Positions 57,770-64,000 of a DNA stretch of 64,000 bases are shown in pieces. The notes under the pieces were generated by a model. It saw only the letters and a list, made by a program, of their open reading frames with translations, was not told where the DNA came from and searched no databases. The position numbers and the translations under genes are program-made. The stretch comes from Gammaproteobacteria bacterium. GTDB lineage: Bacteria > Pseudomonadota > Gammaproteobacteria > Eutrophobiales > Eutrophobiaceae. The stretch spans positions 640,001 through 704,000 of the forward strand of contig OZ250183.1 in the NCBI GenBank assembly GCA_965238225.1. The letters are read 5' to 3'. The first letter of the stretch is position 1. Every line of letters begins with the position of its first letter.

Positions 57770-59417
57770 TTAATATGTAAATAGCGCCTTACCATCCTTG
57801 TAGTTTTCTTCAGACCACTTCTGTCCATTTTCATACCACAAAGTAGTTAAACCATCTTTCTTCCCATCCTTGTAGTTTATTTCAAACCGCTTCTGTCCAT
57901 TTTCATGCCACCAAGTAGCCAGCCCATCTTGCTTCCCATCCTTGTAGTTTTCTTGAGCCTGCTTCTGTCCATTTTCATGCCAGTCAGCAGTTAAACCATC
58001 TTTCTTCCCATCCTTATAGTTTCCTTCAGTCTGCTTCTGTCCATATTTATCCCACCAAATCCTGAAGTTTCCTTGAGCCTTTTTCAGTCCATTTTCATGC
58101 CACCCAGTAGTTAACCCATCTTGCATACCATCCTTGAAGTTTATTTCACCCTCCTTCTGTCCATTTTCATCCCAATAAGTAGACAGTCCATCTTGCTTCC
58201 CATCCTTGTAGTTTGCTTCATCCTTCTTCTGTCCATTTTCATGCCACGAAGTAGTTAAACCATCTTCCTTCCCATCCTTGTAGTTTGTTTCAGACCGCTT
58301 CTGTCCATTTTCATGCCACAAAGTAGTTAAACCATCTTTCTTCCCATCCTTATAGTTTCCTTCAGCCTCCTTCTGTCCATTTTCATGCCACAAAGTAGTT
58401 AAACCATCTTCCTTCCCATCCTTGTAGTTTGTTTCAGACCACTTCTGTCCATTTTCATCCACAAAGTAGTTAACACCATCTTGCTTCCCATCCTTGTAGT
58501 TTGTTTCAGACCACTTCTGTCCATTTTCATGCCACCAAGTAGTTAAACCATCTTTCTTCCCATCCTTGTAGTTCATTTCAGCCTGCTTCTGTCCATTTTC
58601 ATGCCACGAAGTAGTTAAACCATCTTGCTTCCCATCCTTGTAGTTTCTTTCAAACCGCTTCTGTCCATTTTCATGCCACCCAGTAGTTAACCCATCTTGC
58701 ATACCATCCTTGTAGTTCATTTCACCCTCCTTCTGTCCATTTTCATGCCACCAAGTAGACAGTCCATCTTTCTTGCCATCCTTATAGTTTTTTTCAGCCT
58801 CCTTCTGTCCATTTTCATGCCACCCAGTAGTTAACCCATCTTGCATACCATCCTTGTAGTTCATTTCACCCTCCTTCTGTCCATTTTCATACCAAGCAGT
58901 AGCCAGCCCATCTTCCTTACCATCCTTGTAGTTTCATTTCAGACCGCTTCTGTCCATTTTCATGCCACAAAGTAGTTAAACCATCTTTCTTCCCATCCTT
59001 GTAGTTCATTTCACCCTGCTTCTGTCCATTTTCATACCAAGCAGTAGCCAGCCCATCTTCCTTACCATCCTTGTAGTTTCCTTCAGACCGCTTCTGTCCA
59101 TTTTCATGCCACGAAGTAGTTAAACCATCTTCCTTCCCATCCTTGTAGTTCATTTCACCCTCCTTCTGTCCATTTTCATGCCACAAAGTAGTTAAACCAT
59201 CTTCCTTCCCATCCTTGTAGTTTGTTTCAGCCTGCTTCTGTCCACTAGAATATTTTCTAGTTGCTTTTCCGGTGTAGGGCTGTTCACTATTTACTTCATA
59301 ATAAACACCATTACGATTCTGTAACTGCTGTGTATCAATTGTCTTCCCATGATCTACTGTATTTTTACAAGCTATGAGAATGATGAACGATATGAATAAT
59401 ATTTTTGTTTTGTTCAT
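57770..59417 (-). pseudogene. MORN-variant repeat lipoprotein, 19 full repeats plus 1 short repeat, split by a 1-nt insertion
   Basis: ORFs 58917-59444 and 57770-58864 join into 548 aa if one T at 58932-58934 is removed; N- and C-termini nearly identical to cassette 1 gene. Confidence 0.8.
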
Positions 59418-59563
59418 TGAAATGATTCCTAAATTATTGTGCAAAAGCGTAATTTAATTTGTAAACAATTCTATTATTTTACTTCACTAATCTCTACTGA
59501 TATTAGTTATTGCGAGCGTTGCAAGTTATTGGTTTATTTTGATACTGAATACTCAGTACCAAC

Positions 59564-59616
59564 CTACGAACCAGGAGGTCGGGAGTTCGAATCTCTCCGG
59601 GCGCGCCAACTCCCAT
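59564..59616 (+). repeat. att-like copy of tRNA-Arg 3' half
   Basis: Identical to 56765-56817. Confidence 0.95.
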
Positions 59617-60028
59617 AAGGATTAGAACAATTTGACTTTAGTTCGCACAAGACTCCGTAGCCTAACGTAGCTATCTACGGTTTATGATAAGCTAAAATAG
59701 GCTGATTAAATCGATAAGTTTGCCAATTTGGAGTTGAGCCAGTAAATACAGGGAAGAAATCACCGATGTCTGTTATTTATTACCCACCGAAAAATAGAGA
59801 GCCACTTGTCCTCGTTATCGGAAAACGGTATTTACCAATAGTGATATGTTGCAATACAAGAATTTTCATATAGTTTTAGTCTGTAATATTTAAGATGAAA
59901 AACAAGTGTAAATTTAAGTCTCTAAATAGATATAAGATTTTTTATAGTTAGATTACGGCTAGACTAGGCGGTGAGACTAACTGTATATTTTCAGGTGAAG
60001 ATTTTAATCTTCAATGCAGAGCCGAGCT

Positions 60029-60309
60029 ATGTCCAATAATGTTGAACTTAAATACCCTAATGAAAAGCTAAGCAAATTAGCAGATACCGTTTTGGATGAT
60101 GGGGATAAGCAACTGGGAATAGCAGTTGGTTCGCAGATTCGTACGTTTCGAGCACAGTTTTAAAGATGACAGTAGGCGAAGTTGCCAAGCAAGTTGGCTT
60201 GTCCCAAGGCATGTTGTTAAAGATTAAACGAGGCGTAACAGCACCATCTTTGGGAACGCTTTATGCTTTGGCTCGGGCATTACACGCATGGCAACAGAAA
60301 GTTCCGTGA
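60029..60309 (+). pseudogene. Frameshifted, truncated XRE-family HTH regulator
   Basis: ...LGIAVGSQIRTFRAQF* then, in another frame, MTVGEVAKQVGLSQGMLLKIKRGVTAPSLGTLYALARAL. Confidence 0.75.
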
Positions 60310-60469
60310 CAACTTTTGCCTCCCACCCATTTTCGACAGGGGAAATCTTTCCTGCTCGTGATTGGGTTTTGGACTGCATTTTAGGATTTTTCTGAAAAGA
60401 CTGTTAATTTGAGTATTTTTTATGGTATGGTGCGCGCCTAATAATATTTAAAATTGGAGATTGGGCGTT

Positions 60470-61261
60470 ATGAATGTTGTGAGAAAGATTAAAATGATAT
60501 TTTTGACTGGGTTAATGTTTTTAGGCGGCATGATAGGCATGGCAAATGTCTCAGCTGAAGAAGGTAACCCTTTTGCCGCAGAAAATTTTAGTGCAACGAT
60601 GACATTTACCACAGATTATACTTTTCGTGGTACTACGTTCAGTGATAGAGACCCAGCGCTTCAGGGCAGTTTCGATTGGGGCTATGGTTCATTCTTTGCT
60701 GGGGCTTGGGGCAGTAGCACTAACGCAACTGATGATAATATGGTAGGTGGTACGCTCGAGGTTGATTTCTATGTCGGCTGGGCTGATGCTGTCGGTGGTT
60801 TTGATTTAATGGTTATGCCCTTGCTTTATGTTTTCCCTGGTCAAAATGGTTCTGGTGCTCGAGACGATACTACCTTTGAGTTGTGGACTTCCGTTGGTCG
60901 TAGCCTTGAAGGCATGCTTGGTTCGCCTTATGTTAATGTTGCGGTTAACTGGTCTCCGGATTACTTTGATCATGTTACTTATCCTGATGGTGGTAGTGCC
61001 TTATATATAAAACCTTCTGTTTCCTTTGCCTTAGCTGAAAATTTTGGAGTAGATTTTGCCTATGGCTATCAGGATGTTGGCGGTCTAGGAGCCAACGACT
61101 TCTTTTCAGACGATTATGCGCATATTGAAATAGGTGTGACTAGCTCATTGTTAGGTTTTGGTCTTGATCTTCGCTATCATAACAACCTCGATGAAAATGT
61201 GATTGGTCAAGGTTTTGCTTTGGGTGACAAAGTCGTATTCTCGATATCACGTAGTTTCTAA
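60470..61261 (+). CDS. TorF/Gcw_chp-family putative outer-membrane beta-barrel
   Basis: Signal peptide; TTDYTFRG...PALQGSFD, GAWGS, EVDFYVG; C-terminal Phe. Confidence 0.85.
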   Translation: MNVVRKIKMIFLTGLMFLGGMIGMANVSAEEGNPFAAENFSATMTFTTDYTFRGTTFSDRDPALQGSFDWGYGSFFAGAWGSSTNATDDNMVGGTLEVDFYVGWADAVGGFDLMVMPLLYVFPGQNGSGARDDTTFELWTSVGRSLEGMLGSPYVNVAVNWSPDYFDHVTYPDGGSALYIKPSVSFALAENFGVDFAYGYQDVGGLGANDFFSDDYAHIEIGVTSSLLGFGLDLRYHNNLDENVIGQGFALGDKVVFSISRSF

Positions 61262-61802
61262 TTGTTTTTGAAAAGACGCAGGACGCAGGTCGTTTTTTTA
61301 TAAGATAAACCATCAGTAGAGCCAAATATTTGGGGTTCGAACTCTCCCTGTTATCTTGGATACCTGCCAACATAACTTGGTCGTGTGCGCCAGTAATCCA
61401 TTAAGCAGATCAATTTTCGCACAACAAACAACCTACTCTAAACATCTTTACAATTACAAGGCAACCTTCGAAACTGAACGATTAAATCCTATGTCAATTG
61501 TAGCAGTGTATCGTTTTCATGTTAAAGGCAAAGCGAGCATAAAAAATGAATAAGCTACTCATCACAGCCTTAATCTGGATGTATTCATTTTCTACATCAG
61601 CCCATCAACCGCGTTACGGGGATGGTATCGCCGTGGGTTTGTCTATATTACCCAACATCTTTTTTAGCTAGAGGGCTTTAAGTTGTGATAAGGCATTGAT
61701 GTGAATCATTTTTTAATTAAATTTTCAGCATATATTAGCTTGATATTAGCGCATACATAGGGTTTATGTAATTAAATTAAGGCTGAATCTGGAAGGTGAG
61801 AA

Positions 61803-62003
61803 ATGACCGCTTGGGAACAAGTTTTATTAGGCATTGGTGGGCTGTTAGTACTGTTATTTTTCTGGCCTGGTGTCAAAGCTGCTATGGAAAAGAGCAAACA
61901 GGCAGAAAATCCGGATTGGAGTGGCGCATTCATACCAATAGCTGTTGTTGTGATATTCGTTGTTTTATTAGTTATGATTGCACGATCATGCAATAAACTA
62001 TAG
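61803..62003 (+). CDS. Small two-TM hypothetical protein
   Basis: AAGGTGAG RBS; two hydrophobic segments. Confidence 0.7.
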   Translation: MTAWEQVLLGIGGLLVLLFFWPGVKAAMEKSKQAENPDWSGAFIPIAVVVIFVVLLVMIARSCNKL

Positions 62004-62624
62004 TTTGCATATCATATTTTTAAATATGACGCATATATTAAATATGATGCATATAGTGTAGTTACTAATATTTTCCTTAGAAAGAAAAACCATGTGCGGT
62101 TTATGCTCTCGGTTGCAGCGTGGGATTTTCTATAGCTTCGCAAGGCGATTAGTTATTCGTTAATCAAGTCATCTTTCGCCATGCTCAATTATGCGTTGCG
62201 CACGTGGCAGCTGAATAATATTTTATAGCTAATTACTCTAATTATTATTCCAGCGAGATGCTCATTATGCTCATTTGGCGACAGGTACGCGGACTCACTT
62301 GGGAGTACAATTGACATGGAAGTTAGTGCCAAGTCTTATGGCTGGATGAACTGTAAATACCAGCAAACAAAGGTCGTTTCTACCCGAATCTTGGGCAAAA
62401 GGATGCCACAAACCAGCAATAAATAGCCTTAAAAGCCAGATGAGAGTTAGTTTTAAGATTGAATTTGAGTGATTTGCAGGTTTGGTTGGCTCTATTTTGG
62501 TGATTGTTTCGGCATACCTCTTAGATGCTTGATTATTATTGTATCATCAAGCACTGATTCAATTATATAATTGCAGGTTTGGCGGTGCTATTGAGGTGAA
62601 GGTGAAAAATAAGAATTTAAGAGT

Positions 62625-64000
62625 ATGTCTGAAAAAGTAGAACAATTCTCAGAAGTTATCAAGAAACTCATCCCAATTAGCGACTTGTCGCCAAGCGCAC
62701 AAAATGATGTGATTGGGTTTGCTACACTCCTTCAGCTTAAAAAGAAGAAGTTCCTCTTTAAGGAAGGTGATAGAGATAATTACTCTTATTATATTTTAGC
62801 AGGTGAGTTGGAATTGATCGCCAATAAACAAGTTCAGAGCACAATCATATTTGGCAGTGACAATGCTAGATATGCAATTTCACAACTGCAACCAAGACAA
62901 TTTTCTGCCAAAGCAAAAACCCCTGTCACAATTTTAAGGTTAGATAGAGATATGCTGGACAGGTTAATGGTGCACGAAGGAAATCAAGGAGTGGATGCAA
63001 CAGGGGCGGATATCAAAATAGGAGTCAGTGAGATTGAAGAAGAAGATTCTGGCGATTGGATGACGAAAATATTGCAGTCAGGATTATTTTCTCAATTGCC
63101 GATGGCTAATATCCAGCAGATGTTTATTTGTCTCAACGCTATTGAATTTAATGCGGGTGATACAGTAATAAAACAAGGAGAACCGGGTGACCATTATTAC
63201 ATCGTTGGAGAAGGGTCTTGCAAAGTTACGAGAGTCCCCAGAGAGGGAGAAAAACCAGTTAAGTTAGGTGAGTTATCGGCAGGTGATGCTTTTGGCGAAG
63301 AAGCATTATTGACTGGCTCCACCAGAAATTCCACAGTTACAATGTTATCAAGCGGTGTTTTGATGCAGTTGAGCAAAGATCTTTTTATGAACCTGATCAA
63401 AAAGCCATTATCAAGCCCAATTTCTTTTAACAAAGCTCAAAAACTTATTGATGAAGGTGGAAAATGGGTGGATGTGCGATTTCCCAAAGAGTATGCAGTA
63501 TCAAATATAGAAAATAGCATCAATATTCCTTTGAATATTTTGCGTCCTCAATTAGATAAATTTAACAAAGATACTTATTACGTTGTCTGTTGCGATACGG
63601 GCAGTAGGAGTTCTGCTGCAGCATTCATATTAATGCAAGAAGGATTTAGTGTTTCCTATCTTGGTGGTGGTTTTGTCTCCAATCATAAAATTTCCCTTAA
63701 AAAAGATCCGTCTACGGATACTGCGCCACCAGAAAAACGAGAAAAGACCCCTGAAAAGACTCCTAGAAAAACTCCTAGAAAAACTCCTGGAAAAACTCCT
63801 GAAAAAACTCCTGGAAAAACTCTTGGAGAAACTCTTGGAAAGATTCCTGAAAAAATTATTGAAGAGCTTGATCAGACCATTGACAGAGTTGCCGATCCAG
63901 TAGTCAAGGTGTCCATACTAGAAGCAGAATTAGCCAAAAACAAGATAGATATTGAAAAATCAAATAAGAAACAACAACAAGAAAGTGAAGAGTTAAATAA
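62625..64000 (+). CDS. Tandem cNMP-binding domains plus rhodanese plus coiled-coil protein (runs off the window, not in ORF track)
   Basis: Hand translation: LFKEGDRDNYSYYILAGEL, VIKQGEPGDHYYIVGEG, FGEEALL..TRNSTV, WVDVRFPKEY, CCDTGSRS. Confidence 0.88.
   Translation, partial: MSEKVEQFSEVIKKLIPISDLSPSAQNDVIGFATLLQLKKKKFLFKEGDRDNYSYYILAGELELIANKQVQSTIIFGSDNARYAISQLQPRQFSAKAKTPVTILRLDRDMLDRLMVHEGNQGVDATGADIKIGVSEIEEEDSGDWMTKILQSGLFSQLPMANIQQMFICLNAIEFNAGDTVIKQGEPGDHYYIVGEGSCKVTRVPREGEKPVKLGELSAGDAFGEEALLTGSTRNSTVTMLSSGVLMQLSKDLFMNLIKKPLSSPISFNKAQKLIDEGGKWVDVRFPKEYAVSNIENSINIPLNILRPQLDKFNKDTYYVVCCDTGSRSSAAAFILMQEGFSVSYLGGGFVSNHKISLKKDPSTDTAPPEKREKTPEKTPRKTPRKTPGKTPEKTPGKTLGETLGKIPEKIIEELDQTIDRVADPVVKVSILEAELAKNKIDIEKSNKKQQQESEELN
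63744..63851 (+). repeat. Coding 12-bp tandem repeat, 9 imperfect units (KTP[E/R/G])
   Basis: AAAACTCCTGGA-like units in the linker after the rhodanese domain. Confidence 0.85.

Larger units (their letters stand above)
57760..59616. mobile_element. tRNA-Arg-integrated cassette 2 (no integrase), paralogous to cassette 1
   Basis: Same ends and upstream region as cassette 1; bounded by tRNA 3' copies. Confidence 0.8.

Noticed and set aside
56850-59240. 72-bp repeats as a CRISPR array
   Set aside because: The repeats are contiguous, in frame and protein-coding, with no unique spacers and no cas genes.
56828-59417. Diversity-generating retroelement
   Set aside because: No reverse transcriptase or template/variable pair in the window, and the differences are not confined to adenines.
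59543-59558. LexA box (TACTG...CAGTA)
   Set aside because: Spacing is CTG-N6-CAG rather than N10, and the paralogous site has a different sequence.
57707-59608. Extra tRNA-Arg genes
   Set aside because: The copies lack the 5' acceptor strand and D-arm; they are att-like fragments.
61356-61553. 65-aa ORF after the porin
   Set aside because: TTG start, no RBS and no recognisable features.
63649-63903. 84-aa LLEK-repeat ORF
   Set aside because: Alternative frame of the 12-bp repeat inside the longer cNMP/rhodanese gene.

Overview
Chromosomal window of an AT-rich Gammaproteobacterium (inferred from gene order and protein sequences). About 1-15.6 kb holds the end of the str operon (fusA 3' part, tuf) and the S10, spc and alpha ribosomal operons. 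These are followed by dacB, gatCAB, the mreBCD-mrdA-rodA-mltB-rlpA-dacA-dat cluster, an inserted block (queD, yadGH, a 1243-aa GltD/NfnB-plus-NfnA-like flavoprotein, DUF4389), then ybeD-lipB-lipA, xseA, guaBA, tadA, pncC, recA-recX-alaS-lysC-csrA and tRNA-Ser/tRNA-Arg. Three accessory features stand out. (1) Two integrase-less cassettes are stacked in tRNA-Arg(ACG), each bounded by a copy of the tRNA 3' half and carrying a lipoprotein made of 24-aa MORN-variant repeats with hypervariable positions (7 versus about 20 repeats). (2) A 2.2-kb integrase-less mini-island at the guaA 3' end encodes a degenerate methyltransferase/TRD-Schlafen(AlbA_2) fusion. (3) A CapW/BrxR-type WYL regulator lies between pncC and recA, divergent from a recA promoter that has a perfect 18-bp tandem repeat and no canonical LexA box. 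All family assignments come from motif recognition by eye; no searches were run.
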